The position numbers were made by a program, and so were the translations under genes. From the NCBI GenBank assembly GCA_037134875.1, contig JBAXLH010000002.1, positions 27,719 through 91,718 on the forward strand: a stretch of 64,000 bases of DNA, read 5' to 3'. Each line of letters starts with the position of its first letter. Position 1 is the first letter of the stretch. Shown piece after piece: positions 56,912 to 64,000 of the stretch. Below the pieces are notes generated by a model, which saw nothing but the letters and a program-made list of their open reading frames with translations, made no database searches and was not told where the DNA came from. The stretch is from a bacterium. GTDB lineage: Bacteria; Patescibacteriota; Minisyncoccia; Phycocordibacterales; DATDWN01.

Positions 56912-58564
56912 ATGAATAATATATCTCCGCAAAAATTCTTTTTGTATGCACGCAAGTCAACCGATGTCGAGGACAAGCAAGTTTTGAGTATTGATGCACA
57001 AATTGCAGAATTGCGCGCTTTCGCCAAAAATGAAAAGTTAGAAATCATGGAGGAATTTGTAGAAAAACGCACTGCGAAAATTCCAGGTCGTCCCATTTTT
57101 GGCGAAATGATGAGACGAATTGAGAAAGGTGAAGTAAATGGTATTTTAGCGTGGCATCCAGATCGTCTCGCGCGCAATTCTGTTGACGGCGGACAAATTA
57201 TTTACTTTGTTGATATCGGAAAACTTACCATGTTGAAATTTCCCTCGCACTGGTTTGAAAATACTCCGCAAGGAAAGTTTTCACTTTCCATGGCGTTCGT
57301 TCAGTCAAAATATTATGTTGATTCTCTTTCCGAAAATACCAAACGTGGACTTCGCCAAAAAGTACGCATGGGTATTTTCCCAAGCCAAGCTCCTCTCGGT
57401 TATATAAACGACAGTAGAACAAAAACGATTGTGGTAGAAAAGAAAAAATCTCGCATTATTCGCTTGGCTTTTGAAAAATATGTTAAAGGTGGTGAGCGAC
57501 TGGAGGATATCGCCACCTTTTTGGCCAAGTCCGGCATATTAACATGGAATGGAAAGAGAATCTCAAAAACTCGCACTTCTTTTATTTTATCAAACCCGTT
57601 CTATGTTGGTTTTTTCAACTACTCGGGAGAATTACACGAAGGCAAACACGAGCCAATCATTTCAAAAAAACTTTTTGATGAAGCACAGGAAATGTTGAGG
57701 TCTCGCGGTCAGCCAGAGCGTAAACCGAAAAACGAACCTCAACCTTTTTGCGGACTCATTTCCTGTGCTTCATGCGGAATGATGATAACTGGCGAACACA
57801 AATTCAAACGGCAGAAAAATGGAAATGTTCACGAGTATACATATTATCGTTGTACCAAAAAACGAAAAGATTTTCATTGTCCCGAATCTGCCGTTAGAGA
57901 AAAAGAATTGGATCGCCAGTTATCATCTCTAATACAAAAAGTTTCTTTGCCCAAAGACTGGGCGGAAGAATTATTGAAAATGGCAGAAAAAGATTTTCAA
58001 AATTCCGCCCCGTCTTTGGTTGCTTGTGTGAAAGAGAAAGAGATCAAAATTTCTGCTATATCACAAAAGTTGGAGCGACTTCTCAATGGCTATTTAGACC
58101 AAGATATTGAAAAGGAAATTTATCGTTCTGAAAAAGCAAAATTATTACTTTCCAAGAAGTCGCTCGAGGAAGAAATGACATCTCTTTCACACAAGCAAAA
58201 TGATTGGCTCGAACCGATGCAGAAGTGGTTAATATCCGCGCAGAATGTGGACAAAATCGCTTCTGATTCAGACCTTTTTGCTAAAAAGGTCTGTGCCAAA
58301 GAAATCTTTGGCTCGAACCTCCTCCTCGACGAAAAAACAGTGCGCGCAAGCGCGCTGGATTCGGGAAATTCCCTTGCAATCCCGCCAAAAAATCCTTGGC
58401 ACGCGCTTTGCGCGTTCCGCTTGGGTTCGGGTTCAGAACCCTTTAGTTCGTTTAAGGTGCCGGAGGGGAGACTTGAACTCCCATCCCTTTCGAGACACGA
58501 TTTTGAGTCGTGCGTGTATACCAATTCCACCACTCCGGCAATACATACAGAATACCCGAAATAG
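56912..58564 (+). CDS. Large serine recombinase (serine integrase)
   Basis: 550 aa. Resolvase catalytic domain (FLYARKSTDVEDKQVLSIDAQ; ILAWHPDRLARN). Recombinase domain. Zinc ribbon (CGLISCASCGMMITG...YYRCTKKRKDFHCP). Coiled coil. The 3' end reads through repeat C' and tRNA-Leu, so the true C-terminus is uncertain. Confidence 0.8.
   Translation: MNNISPQKFFLYARKSTDVEDKQVLSIDAQIAELRAFAKNEKLEIMEEFVEKRTAKIPGRPIFGEMMRRIEKGEVNGILAWHPDRLARNSVDGGQIIYFVDIGKLTMLKFPSHWFENTPQGKFSLSMAFVQSKYYVDSLSENTKRGLRQKVRMGIFPSQAPLGYINDSRTKTIVVEKKKSRIIRLAFEKYVKGGERLEDIATFLAKSGILTWNGKRISKTRTSFILSNPFYVGFFNYSGELHEGKHEPIISKKLFDEAQEMLRSRGQPERKPKNEPQPFCGLISCASCGMMITGEHKFKRQKNGNVHEYTYYRCTKKRKDFHCPESAVREKELDRQLSSLIQKVSLPKDWAEELLKMAEKDFQNSAPSLVACVKEKEIKISAISQKLERLLNGYLDQDIEKEIYRSEKAKLLLSKKSLEEEMTSLSHKQNDWLEPMQKWLISAQNVDKIASDSDLFAKKVCAKEIFGSNLLLDEKTVRASALDSGNSLAIPPKNPWHALCAFRLGSGSEPFSSFKVPEGRLELPSLSRHDFESCVYTNSTTPAIHTEYPK
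58336..58450. repeat. Inverted repeat copy C'
   Basis: Reverse complement of 56598-56710. Confidence 0.8.
58456..58539 (-). tRNA. tRNA-Leu (anticodon CAA), type II with long variable arm
   Basis: Minus strand. Acceptor GCCGGAG/CUCCGGC. D-arm GUG-GAAUUGGUAUA-CAC. Anticodon stem CACGA/UCGUG with loop CUCAAAA. Variable arm UCUCGAAAGGGAU. T-arm GGGAG-UUCAAGU-CUCCC. Discriminator A. CCA not encoded. Confidence 0.85.
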
Positions 58565-58603
58565 CCAAAAAATCAAATTGTGGTACTGTATATTCGTACT
58601 AAT

Positions 58604-59497
58604 ATGAAGCCAAGAGTTATAGTCATTTTGGGGCCAACAGCCACAGGCAAGTCCAATCTAGCCGTACAGATAGCCAAAAAATATAATGGTGAGATTATTT
58701 CTGCTGATTCAAGACAGGTATACACAGGACTCAATATCGGCACAGGCAAAATCACAAAAAAGGAAATGCAAGGTGTCCCCCACCATATGCTCGACGTGGC
58801 AAATCCAAAAAAAAGATATGATATTTCAACATGGCAAAAAGAAACAAAGAAAATAATTTCTAATATTTATTCTCGAAATAAATTACCGATCATTTGTGGT
58901 GGTACTGGTTTTTACATTCAATCAATCGTTGAAAATTTTATTCTGCCAAAAGTTCCACCAAATAAAAAACTGCGAGAAAAACTGGAGAAAAAATCAGCGA
59001 CAGAACTTTTTGAAATTTTAAAAAAACTTGATTTACAGAGAGCAAAAACAATTGAAAAAGAAAATCCTGTGCGTCTCGTGCGAGCGATTGAAATCGCAAC
59101 CGCTCTTGGTGGAGTCCCCTCTCTCGATCGAGTAAAGAGTCAATCATACGAGTGTCTGCAAATCGGACTTACTCTTCCCGACGAGAAACTCAAAGAAAGA
59201 ATAAAAATTCGTCTCGAGAAAAGACTCGAAACTGGAATGCTCGCTGAGGCAAAAAAACTTCACCAGCAAGGTCTCTCATGGAAGCGAATGTTTGAGCTCG
59301 GACTCGAATACAGATACGAAGCACTCCTCCTGCAAAACAAAATCTCGAAAACAGATTTCGTCGAGAAACTGAACACAGAAATCTGGCACTATGCCAAACG
59401 CCAAATCACATGGTTTAAACGCGACAAACAGATTCATTGGTTCTCCCCGACACAAGTTAGAGAAATTGAAAAAGTAGTCAAAAACTTTTTAGATTGA
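58604..59497 (+). CDS. miaA: tRNA dimethylallyltransferase
   Basis: P-loop VIVILGPTATGKSNLAVQIA...ISADSRQVYTGLNIGTGKIT. Start taken at MKPRV. Confidence 0.85.
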   Translation: MKPRVIVILGPTATGKSNLAVQIAKKYNGEIISADSRQVYTGLNIGTGKITKKEMQGVPHHMLDVANPKKRYDISTWQKETKKIISNIYSRNKLPIICGGTGFYIQSIVENFILPKVPPNKKLREKLEKKSATELFEILKKLDLQRAKTIEKENPVRLVRAIEIATALGGVPSLDRVKSQSYECLQIGLTLPDEKLKERIKIRLEKRLETGMLAEAKKLHQQGLSWKRMFELGLEYRYEALLLQNKISKTDFVEKLNTEIWHYAKRQITWFKRDKQIHWFSPTQVREIEKVVKNFLD

Positions 59498-60961
59498 TTC
59501 TGCGAATTTTTGCGAAATGAGACCAAAATCACTGTTGCTCATAAAAACAATTACGTCACCTTTTTTCTTTATAGATTCGAGTTTGTTTAGCGCATCCTCA
59601 GGGCTTGATAGCGAAAAAGATATTTTGCCCAGTTTTTCAACGCTTTCTTTTATCACTGAAACATCAATAAAATTATTTTTGTTGTCATTATCTTTAAATG
59701 GCGGGCACGAAACAATAGATACATCCGCAAATGAAAGAGCTCTGGCGTATTCGGGCTCAAACATTTTTTGTCTACTGGTTATGGATCTTGGCTCAAAGAC
59801 ACAAACAATCCTGCGCTTTGGATAGTGTTGTCGGAGTCCCTGCAGAGTCACATTTACTGCCGTCGGGTGATGAGCAAAATCTCTGATAACAGTATAGTCT
59901 TGATTTTCTGCAATAATCTCCTGCCTTTCTTTAACGCCAGAATAATTTTTAACCCCAGAAATTATTTCAGAAATTTTTAATCCTTCTAGAAGAGACAGAA
60001 CTATCACAGACAGTGTATTTTCGATATTGTAGTCTCCAAATAATGGTACAAAAATATTTGAATACATCTTTCCTTTAAAACTAAAAGAGAACAGGGTGCC
60101 GTCTGACGTAACTTTATTTACCGCGTACCAAGCATCATTATTTTTTCCTTTTCCATAGATAACTATTTTTCCTTCGCATTGTTTCAAATCAACAAATTTT
60201 TTAGCCGACTCATTCAAAATCAAAAAACCTTTTTTTGGAATTTCTTCCACTAAAAATTGAAATGCTTGTACATAATCTGTAAATGTTGGATACAGATCAA
60301 TATGATCATGTTCGATGGACGTAATAATTGCTGACGTGACATTGTACCGCAAAAATTTTGGTGCCTTATCAAAAAACGCACAATCATATTCATCTCCCTC
60401 AAAAATTACAAATTTTGTTTTCTTTGATCCAAGGGAATAACTTTCTCCAGAACCTTGAAAAGAACCGCCGATCATATACGAAGGTTTCCTACCAGCTTCT
60501 TTGAATATATACGTCAAGAGTGAACTGGTAGTTGTTTTACCATGAGTTCCTGCAACAACAAGAGATCTTTTATTTTTGGTTAAAATTTCTCCCAAAATTT
60601 CTGCACCCGACATCATGGGTATGGACCTTCTTTTTGCTTCGACAATTTCCAGTGAATTTGGAGGGAGCATATTTCCGGGAACAAATACATCAATACCCTT
60701 CAAATTTTTTATTGACATTTTTTTGCACACAATTCCATTCTCTTCTAGCACGGTGCTCATCGGAGGATAACAATGTTCATCACTTGCCGAAATTTTGTAA
60801 CCCATTTGTGATAAAAGACAAGTAACAGAAGCCATGGCTTTACCACACGCAGCTGAAATATGTATACTAGATTTTTTGTTTAATTTTCCTACAATTCTGC
60901 CTCTTTCTGAAGCGTTTGGCAGTAAGTTACGTTTTGCTTCATAGTAATAATCATATGATTT
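59489..60961 (-). CDS. Mur ligase family protein (Mpl/MurC-like)
   Basis: YPPMSTVLEENGI, AGTHGKTTTSSLL and FVIFEGDEYDCAFFDKAPKFLRY closely parallel Mpl. Start taken at MKSYDYYY. Confidence 0.75.
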   Translation of the reverse strand, partial: KSYDYYYEAKRNLLPNASERGRIVGKLNKKSSIHISAACGKAMASVTCLLSQMGYKISASDEHCYPPMSTVLEENGIVCKKMSIKNLKGIDVFVPGNMLPPNSLEIVEAKRRSIPMMSGAEILGEILTKNKRSLVVAGTHGKTTTSSLLTYIFKEAGRKPSYMIGGSFQGSGESYSLGSKKTKFVIFEGDEYDCAFFDKAPKFLRYNVTSAIITSIEHDHIDLYPTFTDYVQAFQFLVEEIPKKGFLILNESAKKFVDLKQCEGKIVIYGKGKNNDAWYAVNKVTSDGTLFSFSFKGKMYSNIFVPLFGDYNIENTLSVIVLSLLEGLKISEIISGVKNYSGVKERQEIIAENQDYTVIRDFAHHPTAVNVTLQGLRQHYPKRRIVCVFEPRSITSRQKMFEPEYARALSFADVSIVSCPPFKDNDNKNNFIDVSVIKESVEKLGKISFSLSSPEDALNKLESIKKKGDVIVFMSNSDFGLISQKFAESI

Positions 60962-61004
60962 CATAAATTGAGCATAACAAAAGGGTGGAATAAATTCCAC
61001 CCCA

Positions 61005-62021
61005 TTAACATTGCACGGCTTCACTCAACGTCTGACGAATAACACTCCACGAAAATTGAGTGAAATCCTGACGCGAGACTGACGTGTCTTTACAAAAAAC
61101 TCTATTAGTCAAAAAACAAATGGTGATCCTCGGTTTACGAGAAAAAAATATCCGGCAACCAGTCCAGCCGGCAAAAACTAGTGGTTTTTCTACTGAAAAC
61201 CCTTCCAGACTTTTCGGATACGGTATATCAAAACCTAAGGCATATGACCTATCCGAAATACCCATTTTGACGAGCTGGTTGTTTGACACGTCTTCATAAA
61301 ACTTGGAGCCAATCATAGTCTCTAATGTTCTGTGAAAAATATCGCAAAGCATACTGGCATCTGTAAAGAGACCGGCAACTGCAATATTTTCTGACTTATG
61401 AGCTAAAGAAAGTGGATCATGTACAATTCCACGAAGCGACAAATCCATACATGTCGGAATTGTTGCCTGTGCAGATACAAGACCTCTATCAACTGGATGG
61501 AACATAAATCTGTCCCTTTGATACATCGGGTTTTGAATAAATTCATTCAGAAATATTTCTTCAATTCCCATTCCATAGATTTTTTCCAAAACGAAAGCCA
61601 GATAAGCACTCGAAACATTGTCGTACTGAAATCTTTTCCCCCAGTGAGAAAAACCTGAGTTGAGAAGTGTGTCGCGAAATGATCCGGATGTACCATCACG
61701 CAGGGCTTCATAACTAAAGTTATAGTCTTTAACAACGTAGCACAGAAAATGCCACAGCCGTCTCCCGTTTCCTTCGGGAACAGGAATAAAATCCCTAAAT
61801 CTCATTTCCGGATTCAAACTTCCAGAATTGAAAAGTTTCCAAAACAGCAAATGATTTAACGCTTTGGTCAAACTTGCAATATCAAACAAGTGAGAACCGT
61901 CGCGGGAAATAAAATCACCATCTGAAAAACAAGTATTCACATCGCCACTGACACTGAAATCGAAATCAGTGAACATACCTTTTTGCCTACCATTTTCAAA
62001 CAACTGTCTGATTCGTTGCAC
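61005..62021 (-). CDS. Serine hydrolase, beta-lactamase/transpeptidase-like family
   Basis: 338 aa. SxxK motif FDIASLTKAL. Confidence 0.55.
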   Translation of the reverse strand: MQRIRQLFENGRQKGMFTDFDFSVSGDVNTCFSDGDFISRDGSHLFDIASLTKALNHLLFWKLFNSGSLNPEMRFRDFIPVPEGNGRRLWHFLCYVVKDYNFSYEALRDGTSGSFRDTLLNSGFSHWGKRFQYDNVSSAYLAFVLEKIYGMGIEEIFLNEFIQNPMYQRDRFMFHPVDRGLVSAQATIPTCMDLSLRGIVHDPLSLAHKSENIAVAGLFTDASMLCDIFHRTLETMIGSKFYEDVSNNQLVKMGISDRSYALGFDIPYPKSLEGFSVEKPLVFAGWTGCRIFFSRKPRITICFLTNRVFCKDTSVSRQDFTQFSWSVIRQTLSEAVQC

Positions 62022-62116
62022 ACATCACCTCTTGTCCCAGTATATAGACCGTGAGTGATTTGGCAAAATTGACTCAAATAATATTTAGATGTATAAATAA
62101 ACAAGGAGAGTAGAAG

Positions 62117-62254
62117 ATGAAAGAAGCCACCGATCATCCCATCGGCGCATGGGATGATTTTACAATAAAAACGATGGGTGTAATCTTTCTGATTCTTTTT
62201 GTAGGTTTTCCTATTTTTATTTTCGTTGCGAAGCTGAATAAGTGGATCGATTAG
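62117..62254 (+). CDS. Small hypothetical membrane protein (45 aa)
   Basis: AAGGAG Shine-Dalgarno 8 nt before ATG. One TM helix (MGVIFLILFVGFPIFIFVA). Followed by a terminator. Confidence 0.4.
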   Translation: MKEATDHPIGAWDDFTIKTMGVIFLILFVGFPIFIFVAKLNKWID

Positions 62255-62281
62255 TTTCGGTCAACTCAGCTATGTTTTAAT

Positions 62282-62310
62282 ACCCCGTATAGACGGGGTT
62301 GTTTTTTATA
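62282..62310 (+). terminator. Rho-independent terminator
   Basis: CCCCGUAUAGACGGGGUUGUUUUUUAUAUUUUUUG. Confidence 0.6.
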
Positions 62311-62317
62311 TTTTTTG

Positions 62318-62389
62318 CGGGCCCACCCCGACTCGAACGGGGAACAACGGTTTTGGAGACCGACGTTTTACCATTGAAACTATAGGCCC
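62318..62389 (-). tRNA. tRNA-Trp (anticodon CCA)
   Basis: Minus strand. Acceptor GGGCCUA/UGGGCCC. D-arm GUUU-CAAUGGUA-AAAC. Anticodon stem CGGU/ACCG (with 27-43 U.U) and loop CUCCAAA. T-arm CCCCG-UUCGAGU-CGGGG. Discriminator G. Confidence 0.8.
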
Positions 62390-62448
62390 AACACAGACAA
62401 ATATAACAAAAAATCGCCATTTTGGCGAATTTTTTTGTTTTTTTGTTT

Positions 62449-62625
62449 TTACTTCTTTACTCGTTTGAGTGGAAGTTTGACTTCACCAAAGACAACTCGC
62501 TGGCGGAGCTTTTTGTCATACTTTTTGAGGCCGAGTTTTCGCTCGACTTTTTTCTTGTTTTTTGAAGTGATATATACCTCTCCAGTTTTCTTGTTTTGTA
62601 TCGCGATAAGTCTATCTTGTGACAT
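62449..62625 (-). CDS. rpmG: 50S ribosomal protein L33 (missed by the ORF track, <60 aa)
   Basis: Hand translation MSQDRLIAIQNKKTGEVYITSKNKKKVERKLGLKKYDKKLRQRVVFGEVKLPLKRVKK aligns with bL33 (..[48 protein letters not shown]). Confidence 0.8.
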   Translation of the reverse strand: MSQDRLIAIQNKKTGEVYITSKNKKKVERKLGLKKYDKKLRQRVVFGEVKLPLKRVKK

Positions 62626-62667
62626 ATAATTGTATTTAAATTAGTACTGGCATCATACATAAAAATC

Positions 62668-62966
62668 GGAAAAAAAGCAAATGAAAAGCGCAGGGTGGAC
62701 ACCCCGCGCTCGTTGAGGGACGAAGCCCTCGGACTAGGCCGTCGCGACGGCCTTCTTCTTTTTCCGGTCGGAGGAAGCCGACGGCTTCCCCGTTCCGGAA
62801 ACCGGCGCCCCGCGCCGGATGGCCTCGAGAGCGACCATCGGGCGCTGCTTGCGCCCGTGGTCGCCGTGGCGCGGGACATTCTGTCCCGGCCGGAACTCCG
62901 TATTCTGATTGTACATATAAAAACTCCTTCAACTATAATATTAGCATACTATATAAAATCTGTCAA
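62668..62966 (-). other. GC-rich (~70%) autonomous unit: consensus promoter, AAGGAG SD, 60-aa Arg/Gly/Pro-rich ORF (62734-62916), hairpin plus U terminator. Small basic protein or structured sRNA.
   Basis: Minus strand: TTGACA-17-TAATAT (62966-62938). SD AAGGAG 7 nt before ATG at 62916. ORF MYNQNTEFRPGQNVPRHGDHGRKQRPMVALEAIRRGAPVSGTGKPSASSDRKKKKAVATA. Terminator GCGCGGGGUG-UC-CACCCUGCGC+UUUUCAUUUGCUUUUUUU (62668-62710). RNA forms a series of perfect 7-10 bp hairpins. Confidence 0.45.
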
Positions 62967-62972
62967 GTACTT

Positions 62973-63350
62973 TTATGGTACCTCCTGCCATGAGGAAATA
63001 GTGATTGGATTAAAAGATTGGGTGGTTATTTGGAGCTTGCGGGTTAGTCCTTGGATCGTAGTTGTCACAGAAACAGCTCTGGTGTTCCCTCCTGTGTTGG
63101 TTACGGTGTAATTGCACGTATTTGTACCCAATATCTGACTGCCCGAACCTGTGTAAGACGTGTTCTCTCTCATTAGCTCTAGTGCCACCTCGGCACAAGC
63201 GTCAGAGAGCACACGAGCTTGACTTGAGTTTTTGCTGTCCAGACTACCCCGCACTGACCAGAGACTACTTGTGGCAATAGAAAGGGCAAGACCGAGCGCA
63301 ATACTGCCTAGAATAATAACTATGTAGAGTGTAGAAAATCCTTTTTGCAT
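62973..63350 (-). CDS. Type IV pilin/pseudopilin-like protein
   Basis: Start at MQKGFSTLYIVIILGSIALGLALSIA (prepilin-like G-F-S-T-L leader with Tyr in place of Glu5). Confidence 0.55.
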   Translation of the reverse strand: MQKGFSTLYIVIILGSIALGLALSIATSSLWSVRGSLDSKNSSQARVLSDACAEVALELMRENTSYTGSGSQILGTNTCNYTVTNTGGNTRAVSVTTTIQGLTRKLQITTQSFNPITISSWQEVP

Positions 63351-63354
63351 ATAT

Positions 63355-63870
63355 TTATCGTATTGTCGCTGTTCCATAAAAATTGACTGAGTATTGCTCT
63401 TCTGCTCGGGTGGTAGATGCTGTGTTGCTGAGTGTAAATCTGACAAGCACAGTGCCGTGAGTTGCCGGGCGTGAAGTATTTGAGAACACAAGATTTGAAA
63501 CTTTGACTTTGTTGTTGGTCAAGGCGACTGCGCTGGATGTTCCTTCTACCATATACAAAACTTCCCCACTTGCAGAAAAGGTTGTCGGATTTGTAGATGA
63601 TGAGGCTGTTGCAATACTCAAAACCCCTGCACTATTTCCAACGACTGGGGAGTTTATAGCAGTCCCGTTTCTGACACTTTGAGTAATCGTGCGCACGAGA
63701 CTTGCGCCTTGGTCACTTACCTCAAGCATTACCTGAGTACGCATTCGATATGAGTTGAGACTCAGTGCAAACTCGGCGAGACCGACGATAACCATACCGA
63801 AAATCGCAACGTAAATAATTGTTTCAATGAGAGTAAATCCAGAATTTTTTTGTATGCTGTTTTTTTTCAT
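63355..63870 (-). CDS. Type IV pilin (prepilin with GFTLIE N-terminus)
   Basis: Start at MKKNSIQKNSGFTLIETIIYVAIFGMVIVGLA, a canonical class III signal peptide plus hydrophobic helix. Confidence 0.7.
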   Translation of the reverse strand: MKKNSIQKNSGFTLIETIIYVAIFGMVIVGLAEFALSLNSYRMRTQVMLEVSDQGASLVRTITQSVRNGTAINSPVVGNSAGVLSIATASSSTNPTTFSASGEVLYMVEGTSSAVALTNNKVKVSNLVFSNTSRPATHGTVLVRFTLSNTASTTRAEEQYSVNFYGTATIR

Positions 63871-64000
63871 TTTAATTCCATGTGAAATCATACCAATACT
63901 CTGCCGTTGCCGAGCCGTTTGTGCCATGAGTGGTGAGTGCCTTGCCAACCGGTGTACTATACATCACGTTGTTTGTGCCATCCCAGACAATACTGTAAAC

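Larger units (their letters stand above)
53176..58475. mobile_element. tRNA-Leu-associated integrative element (~5.3 kb) with large serine recombinase
   Basis: Direct repeat gtgccggaggggaga(ag)acttg at 53176-53197 and 58457-58475 (3' end of tRNA-Leu). Between them: nested inverted repeats, two cargo genes and a serine integrase. Confidence 0.65.

Noticed and set aside
53176-58564. Interpreting the whole 53.2-58.5 kb repeat-rich region as a prophage
   Set aside because: It is too small (~5.3 kb) and carries no capsid, terminase, portal or replication genes. An integrative/mobilisable element or invertible cassette fits better.
62457-62879. 140-aa and 98-aa minus-strand ORFs spanning the rpmG region and the GC island
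   Set aside because: They are in the wrong frame relative to the clearly recognisable bL33 ORF and read through the GC-island terminator. They are products of stop-codon-poor GC-rich sequence.
1-64000. CRISPR array
   Set aside because: No series of short direct repeats with unique spacers was seen. The only repeats are the inverted/direct repeats of the integrative element and the 32-bp TIRs of the MITE-like element.

Overview
The window reads as a low-GC (~35-40%) bacterial chromosome with a compact, gene-dense, mostly minus-strand layout. Gene content (type IV pilins, a short SMC, fused housekeeping genes, few Shine-Dalgarno sites) is compatible with a small-genome Patescibacteria/CPR-like organism. 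Assigning it to that group is inference only.

The core housekeeping genes are: a Liv-type ABC transporter cluster carrying four paralogous substrate-binding proteins and an embedded solitary MazF/PemK toxin; a DEAD-box helicase; dnaX; dus; serS; an FtsQ-like gene; dprA; sppA; rarA; a PIF1-like helicase; an ABC-2 exporter; the rpsP-KH-trmD operon; RNase R; a short smc; rnc; a nusB-Nudix fusion; rpmF; topA; a short RelA/SpoT; parB; murB divergent from an HTH-murA fusion; miaA; a Mur ligase; and two tandem type IV pilins.

Four RNA/small genes missing from the ORF track were found by eye: tRNA-Gln(TTG), tRNA-Leu(CAA), tRNA-Trp(CCA) and rpmG (bL33).

Four things stand out:
1. A ~5.3 kb tRNA-Leu-associated integrative element (53176-58475). 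It is bounded by a ~20-nt direct repeat of the tRNA 3' end. It carries a large serine recombinase and a two-gene cargo (a ~740-aa membrane/low-complexity protein plus a 92-aa partner) bracketed by ~290-bp near-identical inverted repeats.
2. An accessory/defence-like island (~20.2-29.1 kb) with a SAMHD1/dGTPase-like HD protein, a DpnII-like restriction-modification cassette with two methyltransferases (one circularly permuted), a MliC-like protein and a RhuM/Fic protein.
3. Two GC-rich (~60-70%) islands, each behind a near-consensus sigma70 promoter and ending in a rho-independent terminator: a ~530-nt non-coding transcript upstream of dnaX, and a promoter-SD-60aa ORF-terminator unit next to rpmG.
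4. A 172-bp palindromic MITE-like element between the ABC ATPase and permease genes.

No CRISPR array was seen.
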